Made by a program: the position numbers and the translations under genes. A DNA stretch of 64,000 nucleotides from Macrostomum lignano (lineage: Eukaryota): assembly GCA_002269645.1 (NCBI GenBank), contig NIVC01001723.1, forward strand, positions 1 to 64,000. Direction: 5' to 3'. Below, piece by piece: positions 43,320-56,953 of the stretch (its first letter is position 1; each line of letters starts with the position of its first letter). The notes under the pieces are model-generated. The model ran no database searches. It worked only from the letters and a program-made list of their open reading frames with translations, and had not been told where the DNA came from.

Positions 43320-44747
43320 ATGGCCAATCGCACTGTGAAGGACGCGCACACGGTGCACGGCACCAATCCGCAGTATTTGATAGAAAAAATCATTCGTTCC
43401 CGAATCTACGAGTGCCGATACTGGAAGGAGGAGTGCTTCGCCGTCAACGAGGAGCTGCTTGTTGAACGGGCCGTCGCTCTCAAGTACATCGGCGGAGTAC
43501 ACGGCGGCAACATTAAACCGACTCCGTTTCTCTGCCTGACATTGAAGATGCTGCAGATCCAGCCAGCCAAGGACATCATTATCGAGTTCATTCGCCAGAA
43601 AGATCATAAATATGCTCGCGCTCTCGGCATGTTCTACCTGCGGCTGACTCAAGATTCGCTTGAGTGCTATCGCTACTTGGAGCCGCTTTATAATGACTAT
43701 CGCAAGCTCAAGCGCATCGACCGGCAGGGCGCCTTCTCCATCATCCATATGGACGAATTCGTTGACGAACTGTTGCGCGAGGAGCGCTCCTGCGATGTCA
43801 TCTTGCCGCGGCTGCAGAAGCGACAGGTGCTAGAAGAGGAAAACGAACTTGATCCCAGGGTCTCGCTGCTCGACGAGGAGCTTCAGGATGTCCGCCTGGA
43901 GGATGCCTTGGCCGCCGATGAGGATGACGACGGTGAGGACGCCAGTCGAGACGGCAGCGATAGAAGGTCGTCAGCTTCGCCAAGTCCGCGACGCCGCGAC
44001 AACGTCTCGCCGCCGCCAAAGCGGCCATCGCCGCCGCCGCACAGGCAACAGCACCATCGTCACAGTCAGCAGCACCATCGACAGAGGCGACGGTCCCGAT
44101 CAAGGTGCGCAATTCTATCTACTTGTTACCTGTGTGGGACTTAAGGCGCTTGTTATTAAGGGGCTTTAAGCAGTGGCGCTAATCAAAGTGGGCAGGCAAC
44201 CCGCAGCCAGCAGTCATGCCAATATCGCTGACCTCTGAGCACGAACACGCTCAAACGGGGTGTACAGCAGCGCTGACTTTCTAATTGAAAGCCGTATACA
44301 TGTAAACTCTGCTCCTTGAAATTTTAGTCAAATTATATTTATGCATGCATGCGTGTACATTGCAGGTCCAGGTCAAGGTCAAAGTCCAAATCGAGGTCAA
44401 GGTCGCCAGCCGAACGACGCCGCAAAACTGTCGACAACGGCGGCGGCGGCGGCGATTCGAAGAAGAGGCGCAAGAAGGACAAAAAAGACAGCAGCGGCGG
44501 CGGCAAGGACGGCAAATCATCTACCAAGGACAAAGACCGGCACTATAATAAAGATAAAGACAGGCGAGACAAGGACAAAGACAAGGATAAAGACCGCGGC
44601 GAACGGAAGAGGCCGAGGCGGGACTCAGGCGATCGACGGGACCGGGATCGGGATCGGCAACAGCGAAACCGCGACCGCGAGGAGGAAGAGATCAGAGAGG
44701 CAAACAAGCTGCGGGCTGAGCTGGGCATTCCGCTGCTCAAGCCTTGA
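43320..44747 (+). CDS. PRPF38A: Pre-mRNA splicing factor 38A (Prp38)
   Basis: MANRTVKDAHTVHGTNPQYLIEKIIRSRIY... KPTPFLCLTLKMLQIQP; RS-rich tail; C-terminal EIREANKLRAELG. Exons 43320-44104 and 44366-44747, phase 2. Confidence 0.95.
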
Positions 44748-44959
44748 TATGCCGGCCATAGCAGCTATGTATCCGTATTCTGTTACATTATTAATACCTG
44801 TGCTATGCGTACCTGTGCATTATATAATGCGTGTAATTAAATTTGTAATGTGCATTTTTCGCTGTTTGACTATGACTCTAAAACAAAAAAGCCTAGAGTA
44901 TTTGCCGTTGGTATGTTGCAATTATTTTCATTTCAATAATCATATTATTATTTACTGCA

Positions 44960-45247
44960 GCTGCCCTGATGGCCAGATGAGCAACCGACAGCTCAGCCGC
45001 AGCTATTGCACGGCGTATCTGAAGGCTGCGTACGGCTGTTCAGTCCAAGGACTGGGGGGGGGGGTCGCCACACACAACCTCAATTACCCCAGCTAATGCT
45101 GGCACCCATTTTACAGCTGGGTGAACTGAAGCAGTGCAGAGTTAAGTGCCTTGCTCAAGGACACAAATTGTTCCAATGGGATCGGGAATCGAATCCCGAC
45201 GTTTCAGTCGTGAGTCCGACGCTCTAACCACCATAGGCTACAACTCC
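44960..45247 (-). mobile_element. tRNA-derived SINE with a CORE/Nin-like central domain, copy 1
   Basis: Minus strand has A-box (TAGCCTATGGTGG) and B-box (GATTCGATTCC), followed by GTGTCCTTGAGCAAGGCACTTAACT...CACCCAGCTGTAAAATGGGTGCC. Homologous to the copies at 52234 and 52981. Confidence 0.85.
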
Positions 45248-45248
45248 T

Positions 45249-46450
<1,202 letters not shown>

Positions 46451-47420
46451 ATAAGATAGACAGACAGGCAGACAGAACAACAACAGACTCAATCGCACTG
46501 GCTCCGAGTACTGTACTGTACGAGATGAGTCTACTCTATACGGCATATAGTAAGTCGCTAACCTTAGCAGGGCACCTGAATAAACTCTAACCGAGAGCCA
46601 ACGTGCTCAATCTACGGTAGTGTAACTAATAAACAGTTAGGAGAAGTTGATTGTGCAGATGTACGCTTGCTCGTTCATTGCATATTTTGTACATGGCAAC
46701 CAGGTGTGCAGGATTGATTTATGATATAAAGTTGAAAACAACTCTAGCGCGCTCTCAAGCAACCGAGCGGCGGAGACCGATCGGGCGTCAATCTTCATTG
46801 TAAGGTTTGGTAAGTAAAAATCAGACATTAGGTTAGAGTCCAGTTTTACAATGCCTATTGTAATAGTTTGTTTGAGCCGGCTTGACCCCAGAAGAGACCA
46901 GCCAAATCACTCGAAAGTCGACTCCAAGCAGCAGTAAGATAGCAGGGAGCCTCAACATTGGCCCAGCGGGTTTGAATCGGCACAAAAATTTACTATAAAC
47001 TTTTCCCATATCTCAAGGTAGTAGAACCAAGGCGCACCTTTGGGTGTGTGCGCGTGCGTGTTTCATTGAGAGATAGGGCCAGCAGAGATAAGGTAGGCAC
47101 CTGCTGCGCAGTGAGCAGTTTAAAATGCCCGAGTCAATCGATTATTTCTGATCACCAGCCTTGCGCGTGTTCCGCCCCCCCCCCCTAGGCAGGTAGATAA
47201 GCAACGCGGCGCTCCCCAGGTCAAAGAGACTGTCACGTGCTTCCGATTGCACAGTTTGATAATGCCGAGTATTTGACTCGATAAGAAATGTCTAACAGGT
47301 TGCTCGCTTTACAACCCAATTACATGTAGGTGTCTTTACTACTTCTCTGAATCTCCCGAGCTGCCTCTAGCGGGACCAGTTTAGTTCGCACTTCCTTCTA
47401 CGATCGCTACTTCTGGCCCG

Positions 47421-49614
47421 ATGTCCGACCACGGCGACGAGAAGGTGCCAATCGTGGGTCCGAGCACCTGCGTCAGCTACACGCAGACGGACGAGAGCTC
47501 CTTTGTTATCAATGACCCCGGCGCCAGCAGCTCCGGTGGCCGAGGCCGCGCGGGCACTGGTCCCTACCTGACCACGGTGCGCGAGGATGAGGAGCTGATG
47601 GAGGTCTCTAGCGAGCAGTTCAGCGCCAGCGGCGTCACCGGGTCCAGGCACCAACGGGCGCAATCGTCAGTCGGCAGCGGACTTCGCCCGCGCACGAGGA
47701 CAATGTCCAACCGGTTCATGTCCAGCGTGCACAAGATTCGCAGCTACACTCAGCAGTCCATCCACGAGGTGCCGTGCGAGGACCGGAACAACTCGGCCTT
47801 CGCGGCCGGATTCAACGTGACGAATCTGGTGCAGGGCATCGGCATCATGGGCGTGCCCTACGCGGTCAGCCGCGGCAGCTGGGCCTCCATCGGGGTCATC
47901 TGTCTGGTCGCCGCCCTGTGCTGCTACACCGGCTGTCTGCTAGTCGACTGTCTCTACACCGGTTGTCCGCGCACCGGGCGCCGAGTCCGCTACCTGAAAT
48001 CCTACCCGGATGTCGGCGCCATGGTCTGGCCCCGGTTCGGCCGGCGCGCCGTCACAATCGTCTCCGTGGTGGAGATGTTCGGCGGGATGTGCCTGTACAT
48101 CATCCTGCTGGCCAGCACCAGCTCCTCGCTGATGAAGGAGCGAGTGCCATCGCTGAACATCTATCACTGGAGCTGCATCAGCACCTACGCCACCCTGCCG
48201 CTCACGTTCATCACGCGAATGTCCTTCATCTCCTGGTTCAGCATGCTGGCGGTGGCCAGCCTGATGTCTAGCATCGTGTCCGTGCTGGTCTTCTGCTTCA
48301 TGCACTTCGACCAGCTGGCGCTGACCAACATGCCCGGCTTCGATCCAACCAGCTTCCCCGTTAGCTTCGGCATCATCGTGTTCTCCTACTGCGCCCACGC
48401 CGTGTTCCCCGGCATCGAGGAGTGCATGCGCCGGCCAAACAGCTACCCGGCCATGCTCACTGTGTCGTTCGGGGTGGCCGCCATTGTCAAGACCATCATG
48501 GGCGTCATGGCTGTGCTCATATTCGGCATGGCCACTGAGCAGGAGTTCGGCCGCAATCTGGAGGTTGACGCCGATTTTAGCTTCATCTCGAATTCGCTCA
48601 TCTTTGTCAACGTTTTCTTCAGGTTAGTCATGAGCTCTTTATATACCTTTAGTAATTGAATGCACCGAGCGTCCTTTGACTGTCGATTGGTTGAGTCCCA
48701 GTTGTCTCGAGGAGAATTGCTATGGATTAAACTGTGGATCATAAGGAATTGTTATAGCTGTTCAGTGTGTCTTGAAGGGGCATTGTTATAGCTGTTCAGT
48801 GTGTCTTGAAGGGGCATTGTTATAGCTGATCAGTGTGTTGAAGGGGCATTGTTATAGCTGATCAGTGTGTCTTGAAGGGGCACTGTTATAGCTGATTAGT
48901 GTGTCTTGAAGGGGCATTGTATAGCTGATCAGTGTGTCTTGAAGGGGCATTGTATAGCTGATCAGTGTGTCTTGAAGGGGCATTGTTATAGCTGATCAGT
49001 GTGTCTTGAAGGGGCACTGTTATAGCTGATTAGTGTGTCTTGAAGGGGCATTGTATAGCTGATCAGTGTGTCTTGAAGGGGCATTGTTATAGCTGATTAG
49101 TGTCCCGACGGGAAACCGCTTATTGAGGATCTAAAAGTTGAGCAGCCACTGATTGCTAGCTCATACTCATTGTCTCCAGCGTTTCTATCGTCCTCAACAA
49201 ATAAACCAGCAGCACACCCCGCGCCCGAACCGCTCCAGCATGCCGCTCGTCATCTTCGTGGTTATCGAGCGATTCGATGCGACCTTCCTTGGCGCCTTCC
49301 ACCCGACCTTCCACCGCAACGGCAGCTTGCACTGGCTGTGGATCCTGCTCACCCGGTCCCTCATCATGACCGCTGGCCTATTCCTGTCGATGCTGGTACC
49401 CCACTTTGCCCTCCTGATGGGCCTGGTCGGCTCCTTCACTGGCACCTGCCTCTGCTTTATCTTTCCGGCGTGGTTTCACCTGGTGCTCAAACGGAAGCAG
49501 CTCAACGCATTCGGCGTTTTTGTTCGCGTCTGCATCATCTTGTTCGGCGCTCTGAGCGGCGCTGTCGGCATGTTCTTCTCCGCTCTGGAGCTCAAGAAGA
49601 AGCTCATTCAATGA
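47421..49614 (+). CDS. SLC32A1: Vesicular inhibitory amino-acid transporter-like (SLC32/AAAP family)
   Basis: AGFNVTNLVQGIGIMGVPYA...CCYTGCLLVDCLY; SFGIIVFSYCAHAVFP; PHFALLMGLVGSFTG. Exons 47421-48622 and 49239-49614 (FF-S|MPL, phase 2). Orthology is not established. Confidence 0.8.
48745..49102. repeat. 34-bp minisatellite TGTTATAGCTGATCAGTGTGTCTTGAAGGGGCAT in the transporter intron
   Basis: About 10 copies. Confidence 0.95.
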
Positions 49615-50601
49615 GAGACTTTGGACAGTGAAGGATCGAATAGGTTTGTTTCAAACAGTAGCAACATCCCAGTCTGTGTTAGTATTTATTTATTCCTATG
49701 AACAGCAATATTCGTCACAGTGGCTAGAAATAAAGGAGAAAGAAGGCACATAAATTTTCACGTAGCTTGAAGTTGAACATCGTTTTCGCTTTTGTTCCAG
49801 AAATTGTCCAAAAGTGATTCAAATATTCCTTTTAAAAGGTTTAATTTTGTTTGATTAGGCTGAGTGGGTCAAGCTGGTCAGGAGCTAAGTGGGTCGAACC
49901 ACCATCAGTGACTTGAGGGTCAGTTACTAATAGCAGCAACTTGTCTCGTGTTAAAAGAACGAAATCTGCAGCGTTATTTATTGGTAATGACAACAAACTA
50001 AAAAAGCAAAACTTTTGCTATGTACTTCAATGTGAAGACAGAGAATGTAAATCCATCTTTCAAATTTACATTACAAAGTACGTCGCACAGCAAAATAATT
50101 AAATGGACTCACTGCAAGTAATGTAACGATTTTTGAATGTTCATAAGTCTTAGACTGATTCTATTTTAATCATAGACCATGACGTTCAACCATAGACAAA
50201 ATAAATCCTGCACGCTGGAGAGGGTGGGGGAAGAAAGGTAGGGAGTTTAAAACTATAAATCAATCAATCTTGCACCCAGAATCAAAAAAGAGTAATCAAT
50301 GTTTAAATATCCCTTGAACGCAGTCTGAACGCTTTTTTTCATAAAATACACTCCACTCTACTTTTCCTGCACAGTAGCCACTGTTGCCTCGGCTATGAAA
50401 ATTTTCTCATCTTCATTAAAATTATATATCCTCCTTAATTGTTTGAAACCATGCCCAACAAATTAGCCGCATCCTGAGGCTGCATAGTGCACCAGCGTCA
50501 TGATTGGTCGATATTGTCTAGGCAGCTACAATATCTGGTGAAACTTTCACAAACGCTACAAAAAACCTGTAGTCAAGATTCTAAGTTATTTCACGAATAG
50601 G

Positions 50602-51363
50602 ATGAAGCTGCTCAGCTTCCTGATTGTCGCTCTGTCGCAGACTCCTCTGATCTGCAGCAGCAAATGCAGAGTTCAGTTCCATGCTGTCACGGCTCTCAAC
50701 TGTGTGAAAAGCGAGTTCGTGCGAACTCACCCGGAGGTCACCACCCTCAAGACGTGCTCGATGCTCTGCGCCAATGTCGCGCACTGCCAGGCGTTCAGCA
50801 TGTCCGACGGTCCGTGCCAGCTGTTCGTGTTTCACAGGTGCAGCAAGAACGTGAGAGACTGCAGCTGCAATCGCACAGCGCAGCTGTTTGTGAGGCAGCA
50901 GCCGGGACTGCCGATGGGAGCCCTGTGTCCTGCTGGCTACGCTGACGACCTGTGCGGCACCAAGTACAAGTTCATGAGCTGTGCGGGAAACTGGACCAGG
51001 TGCAAGGAGATGTGCGACGCGGAGGCTGGACTCGTCATCATGGCCGAGCTGAGTGATGCAGCGGCGCGAGACAAAGTCGGAAAGCTGGCGGCCGAGCAAC
51101 TGGCTGGCGTGGCGGCCGTCAACACAGTTTACGTGGGAGGCTGGCAGCTGCCGGGCAGCTCGGAGCCGTCAGAAGGCTGGCAGTGGGCCAGCTGCGGTCT
51201 CAACATCTCGGCTGCACTGTGGAGCAGCGGAGAGCCGAACAACCATGAAGGTGTGGAAGATAGAGCTGGGGTCTACCTTAACGGACTCTTGCTTGACCTG
51301 CCCACTGACAACTATGTGTACTCAGGCGGAGGCTACTGCCAGTGCGTGTCGCCGTTTGACTGA
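50602..51363 (+). CDS. Secreted PAN/apple + C-type lectin domain protein, copy 1 (intronless)
   Basis: Signal peptide; CSMLCANVAHCQAFS..GPCQL (PAN); YVGG..GWQW..WSSGEPNN (CTLD). Confidence 0.85.
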   Translation: MKLLSFLIVALSQTPLICSSKCRVQFHAVTALNCVKSEFVRTHPEVTTLKTCSMLCANVAHCQAFSMSDGPCQLFVFHRCSKNVRDCSCNRTAQLFVRQQPGLPMGALCPAGYADDLCGTKYKFMSCAGNWTRCKEMCDAEAGLVIMAELSDAAARDKVGKLAAEQLAGVAAVNTVYVGGWQLPGSSEPSEGWQWASCGLNISAALWSSGEPNNHEGVEDRAGVYLNGLLLDLPTDNYVYSGGGYCQCVSPFD

Positions 51364-52233
51364 GCTGCTGCCCTGGAGCTGAGCAAGGTCTCCATGCGCC
51401 CTTGTGCTGCTCCGGAAAGCGAACCAAGAACACAGATGTCTGTAACGACTTTGCAACCTTTTATGTTTTTTTCCCGTTTACGTTTTGATGCTCCATTTGT
51501 GAAACTCGGAAACTGCTTGCTCTGTCTGATTTTTCCTGTCTCATTCTGTCTGTTTTGCAAACTTGAAATCAGTGCTTTTTTGCGTTTACCGGAGTTAGTT
51601 TTTTAGTTAGAGGCGGGGGGCTGCAGCATGTGCACCCTGGCGCACTTTAGGCGACATTGTCACACAACCGGCGAGAGGCATTGCTGCCCATTCCGCCGAC
51701 TCCCCTGAGCAGGCATACAAGCGCGCGGATACGTACGCAGGCACACACTCACACAGGAGTGTACAGCGGCCCTAACTTTATTTTATCGCTAGTTATGTAC
51801 ACTTCCCTGTGCCTTGGGGTTGGGCCTCAAAGCCGTTAATTGCACGAGCAGAGCCAAGCCGAGATTCCAATTTAGCTCCAAATTAATGTGGCTGCACTTG
51901 GAATCGAGCCTGGGCCGCTGGTACATCAGAGCGCCGCGCCAGACCACGGGGATATATTGTCTCTGTGTTTACCGTAAGCTACTGAAGGTAAATGAAAGAG
52001 GACAAATGCTACGTCACTTTTTGATACAACGGTTTTTTCTGTTGCTAATGCAAGTACAAAATCTTTTTAATAGTTTTTCTTTTCTCTGATCATTGTTACT
52101 CCTGCAGCTTGCTCTTGGGTAATACGGCTCGCAGTTAACCAAATCAGTCAACCAAATATACTGTGTGATTGGAAGTTCTTTGCTGCTTAACCCTACCCCT
52201 AATTTCATTTCTATGGACTTTATTATTTCTAAA

Positions 52234-52515
52234 GGGGGTTGTAGCCTAGTGGTTAGAGCGTCTGAATCACGACTGAAAGGTCGGGGGTTCGATTCCCTAT
52301 CCCACTCGGAATGATTTGTGTCCCTGAGCAAGACACCTAACTCTGCATTGCTTCAGTTCACCCAGCTGTAAAATGGGTGCCAGCATTAGCTGGGGTAATT
52401 GAGGCTGTGTGTGGCGACCCCCAGTCCTTGGACTGAACAGCCGTACGCAGCCTTCAGATGCGCCCAGCAATAACTGCGGCTGAGCTGTCGGTTGCACATC
52501 TGCCCATTAGGGCAG
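52234..52515 (+). mobile_element. tRNA-derived SINE, copy 2 (full length)
   Basis: GGGGGTTGTAGCCTAGTGGTTAGAGCG...GGTTCGATTCCC head plus the shared body. Confidence 0.88.
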
Positions 52516-52980
52516 ACGTAATCAATTAATATTATTATTTTATCTTGAAATTTATTTTTCTCAAAGGCTCATACGAGCTATCTCTTGAAAAGGATTAATT
52601 AGAAAAGCGGGTTTACCCACATGAGGTATGCTTGATTTGATTTTAAATGATTTGCGTAGATATTGTTCGAACCGTAAGTGAAGCCAGTAGGTCAACAATA
52701 AACTTCATACAATCCACAGCATATTCTAATCTATGCATTATCATCAGCTTTATCTTCCCCACTAACAGTGACAAGTTCCGATTGGGAGCGAGCAACCAGT
52801 GAAAAACCACATGTCAATGTAATTAGACACTTTCTCGTTACTCACAATATACAGTTAGCTTACTTTCCAACGAATACAGGGATGCGCATACATGTAGCTC
52901 ATGTTTTTTAGTCTGCTGTCATCGCGGCACCTGACTCCGACCCTCGCCCCCACGTAATAATAATCGATAATTGATTACAC

Positions 52981-53225
52981 CTGCCCCAATTTGGCCGGAT
53001 GTGCAACTGACGGCTCAGCCGTAGCCAAGGACTGGGGGGGGGGGTCGCCACACACAGCCTCAATTACCCCAGCTAATGCTGGCGCCCATTTTACAGCTGG
53101 GTGAACTGAAGCAATGCAGAGTTAAGTGTCTTGCTCAAGGACAAATTGTTCCGAGTAAGGTAGGGAATCGAACCCCCGACCTTTAAGTCGTGAGTCTGAC
53201 GCTCTAACTACTAGGCTACAGCCCC
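52981..53225 (-). mobile_element. tRNA-derived SINE, copy 3 (internal deletion)
   Basis: Same head and body as copy 1, lacking about 40 bp near the 3' end. Confidence 0.85.
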
Positions 53226-53227
53226 TG

Positions 53228-54226
53228 TGTGGCGGAAAAGTTCATATTTATGGATGCAGAAGAAGCTCCATTACGGACTCAAGCAGGTCAAGATTTTCTG
53301 AGCAGCCACCAAGTCACTTGGACATTCATTCCCGAGCGAGCTCCATGGATGGGAGGCTTCTACAAGAGGTCAGCGTAGTGAAATCAGTGCTCAAGAAGAC
53401 AATCGGAAGGGCGTTCCTGATCGTCGAGGAGCTGTCGACAGTAATCTGTGAGGCGGAAGCGGTTGTAAACTCAAGACCGCTTGGCTTTGTGTCTTCCGGC
53501 GAGCAATCAGAAGTCATCACACCTGGTCATTTCCTCGTTCTGCGCCGCCTGACAAAAGAACCAGAGGACGAAGCGGAAGTTTCAATGGTCCTGCCGCTTC
53601 CCGAAAGGCTCCGAAAGTCCAGACATTTGCTGAACAAGTTCTGGAAGGAGTGGCAAGCACAGTACATTCTGGCCCTCCGTGAGCGATCATCCAAAGACGG
53701 TCGAACATCGAATCGGGAAATACGAGTTGGTGACGTAGTGTTAGTGATGGATGCCGGATTGCCAAGACTTCAATGGAAGTTTGCGGTTGTCGAAGCTGTG
53801 CACCAGGGTCGCGATGGAGTCGCCCGCTCATGCCTACTGCGGGTGGCCAGTTCTCAAAGTGGTCGAGCTGCTACGCATCTTCGACGGCCAGTGAAGTTGC
53901 TGGTACCTCTGGAAGTCTGACATGTCGTTGGTGGTTTTTTGCTCGGCTGCTGGCTGCGTCTAGTCGGTTTTCCTGTGTCCTTTGGTCGTTTGCTGGTGGC
54001 GTTCGGTCGGTTGTCGTTCGATGTCAGTGGCTGTGTGACGGTCGGTGGTCGGTCAGTCGGTTGGTTGGTGGTTCTCGGTCGTTGTTGTTCGGTGGTGCAA
54101 TGTACATCTGCGCGTACACTGGGCGCCCCCACCCCCCACGCGTCAATTTCTCTTTGCTTTATCTAAATAAATAAAGTCAAACCAGCCAGCGACCCATGAG
54201 AGTGCCTTTTTCGCTTTCTCTCAACA
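53228..54226 (+). mobile_element. Bel/Pao LTR retrotransposon 3' fragment: integrase C-terminal half, DUF5641-type tail, probable 3' LTR
   Basis: WTFIPERAPWMGGFY (frameshift near 53368) VKSVLKKTIG...EAVVNSRPL...ITPGHFL...FWKEWQAQY...GRDGVAR...RPVKLLVPL. Putative LTR TGT...CAACA at about 54101-54226 with AATAAA; LTR limits uncertain. Confidence 0.85.
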
Positions 54227-56191
54227 AACTCTAAAGAGAAAATCAACTAAATCGTGTCAATTCAATTACACCCTGTTTTGTGGAGTTGTAGCTTCGCCCC
54301 ACCCATACCCTTGGTCTAATTCCACGCGTGAAGAAGCATTGACCACGGATCGGGGCTGTTGTGCGATTCAGACTCGTGAGGTCCCAACCTCAAGGCACAA
54401 CAGGGAGTGTACATGCCAGGCGATTAGAAAGTCTGGGCCGCTGTACACCCAATGAGTGTGCTCAACAGTCAAGCGGAATGGGGCAGAATTGCCTTATCGT
54501 GCTGCCGGTTGTGGAACCGAAGGCGCTGCGACAGGGTCCAAAATCCTCCTGCTGAAATGAATATTTATAAAGCTGACAATGCCAGGTAGTCTTGGATGCT
54601 GTATAGTCCAGTCTGTTTACTTATTTAATGATTTCGCTACTAACATTAAAAAAGTCATTTTGCTAAGTTTTTTGTCGCGTTCAGCGCATCTGGCAATGTG
54701 GCCTCGTGAAGAAGTTCCGCCGTGGAGTCCTTCTCAATAATTTGCTGCACTGCCGATGCAGCTGGTGCCGGGCACTCAAGTCCAGCTGCCAAGGCTCCGG
54801 CCATGCCAGAACAGCCCTCCAGTCTGCAGAGAAGCAGCCCCATTCAAGCTTGCGGCCGAAAAAAAATTTCTCACACAACATTTCGTCTGTAGCAAACACA
54901 GACACTTTGCCAACTGCCACTTTGCCATACACGTGAGTTGAGCTAGCAAGCTAACAAAAGTACAGGAAAAGCAACTTTTTCAATATTGTGTCTTTACAAC
55001 CCACGCATGATTTTGCTCAGGAGTCCTGGCTATTACAGTTATCATTTTGGCTTACTCTTGCCGACATAACCACTAAAAGATGACTTCATACTGAGAGTGC
55101 AGTGCCTGTCTTCTTATCAAGTTGCAGCAAGTATTTTAGCCAGAGAAATTTTCGTAAAGCTTGTTTGAAGAGCCAACTTCCACGCTCTAAATAACTGTTC
55201 CCGTGCAGCAAAACTTTGCTTAAGCCGCCGTGGCGTCCTCAAATCTTTACTAGCAACAATCTTGCGACGCGAGCACATCATCCACCTCGATCAATATTGC
55301 CAAACATTGGTTCCAAAAAGCTGTGGACTCTAAAATTGTGGCGGTAGGCAACTAGCTCGTATTCTCGAATCCAAAAGAACCAAAACAGAAAATTGAGATT
55401 CCGTCACATAAGTCATTACAAATCAACCCAACTAGAAACTTTTCAAGGTTTTAATTAACATTCTAGGCACAGATCGAGTTTGTACATGCCTGACGATGCT
55501 ATAGTCAAGGAAAAGTCGGGCTCTTTGTATCTTTGTAAACAATCTGGCTAGAGGAGCCGTCAGAAAGATAGAGAAAACCATTTTGTTTATGCAATCATGC
55601 ACCAGTATTCTGACGCGCCAACTCTTGACCTACTCTGCCTACTACTACGCCAGTAGTACTTAATGAAAATTGCATTTTTGGTTTGAACCTATAAGATAAA
55701 CACATACTTTTCTCAAGATTTTCATAACTCACTCGAACACTCATGTCTTAACGTGCCTTAACAGTTCGCTGCTAAAGCACAAATCGATCGTCCTTGAGAC
55801 TACAGTGGTCCTTGTGTCGCATACGCTTGTCAGTGTACGATCTCGTATGACACGAAATTAGAAGCCAACAAGAAGGCTTAATGATGATTGCATCCGTTTC
55901 AACTACCAGTGAGTGATCTGGCATCATGCCGCAATGACAAGGCCAGTTGGAACTTGAGAAGCTGGGTCTCTGTCTCGCTGGTTACTAACCTGCAAACTGT
56001 GACGTCACTCCTGGGAGATCTCCAACAATCCTTTGCTAAGGATATTGATAGCACATAGCTGTGCCGTCATTGGCTTTCTCCTCTGCCTTGTAAAGCTTTA
56101 CAAAATGCCTGGAACCTCGCGCATCCCACAGTCTCAGTGAAAACCTCTGTAGAGAAGAAATTCTTCTAGTCGAACAAATTGAAAATTCAAG

Positions 56192-56953
56192 ATGAAGCTG
56201 CTCAGCTTCCTGATTGTCGCTCTGTCGCAGACTCCTCTGATCTGCAGCAGCAACTGCAGAGTTCAGTTCCATGCTGTCACGGCTCTCAACTGTGTGAGAA
56301 GCGAGTTCGTGCGAACTCACCCGGAGGTCACCACCCTCAAGGCGTGCTCGATGCTCTGCGCCAATGTCGCGCACTGCCAGGCGTTCAGCATGTCCGACGG
56401 TCCGTGCCAGCTGTTCGTGTTTCACAGGTGCAGCAAGAACGTGAGAGACTGCAGCTGCAATCGCACAGCGCAGCTGTTTGTGAGGCAGCAGCCGGGACTG
56501 CCGATGGGAGCCCTGTGTCCTGCTGGCTACGCTGACGACCTGTGCGGCACCAAGTACAAGTTCATGAGCTGTGCGGGAAACTGGACCAGGTGCAAGGAGA
56601 TGTGCGACGCGGAGGCTGGACTCGTCATCATGGCCGAGCTGAGTGATGCAGCGGCGCGAGACAAAGTCGGAAAGCTGGCGGACGAGCAACTGGATGGCGT
56701 GGCGGCCGTCAACACAGTTTACGTGGGAGGCTGGCAGCTGCCGGGCAGCTCGGAGCCGTCAGAAGGCTGGCAGTGGGCCAGCTGCGGTCTCAACATCTCG
56801 GCTGCACTGTGGAGCAGCGGAGAGCCGAACAACCATGAAGGTGTGGAAGATAGAGCTGGGGTCTACCTTAACGGACTCTTGCTTGACCTGCCCACTGACA
56901 ACTATGTGTACTCAGGCGGAGGCTACTGCCAGTGCGTGTCGCCGTTTGACTGA
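56192..56953 (+). CDS. Secreted PAN/apple + C-type lectin domain protein, copy 2
   Basis: 757/762 nt identical to 50602-51363. Confidence 0.85.
   Translation: MKLLSFLIVALSQTPLICSSNCRVQFHAVTALNCVRSEFVRTHPEVTTLKACSMLCANVAHCQAFSMSDGPCQLFVFHRCSKNVRDCSCNRTAQLFVRQQPGLPMGALCPAGYADDLCGTKYKFMSCAGNWTRCKEMCDAEAGLVIMAELSDAAARDKVGKLADEQLDGVAAVNTVYVGGWQLPGSSEPSEGWQWASCGLNISAALWSSGEPNNHEGVEDRAGVYLNGLLLDLPTDNYVYSGGGYCQCVSPFD

Noticed and set aside
52234-52310. tRNA gene
   Set aside because: Has A/B boxes but continues into a shared SINE body in three copies, and the stems pair poorly.
54655-54941. Overlapping short GC-richer ORFs
   Set aside because: Possible exon relic, but no frame or family could be assigned.
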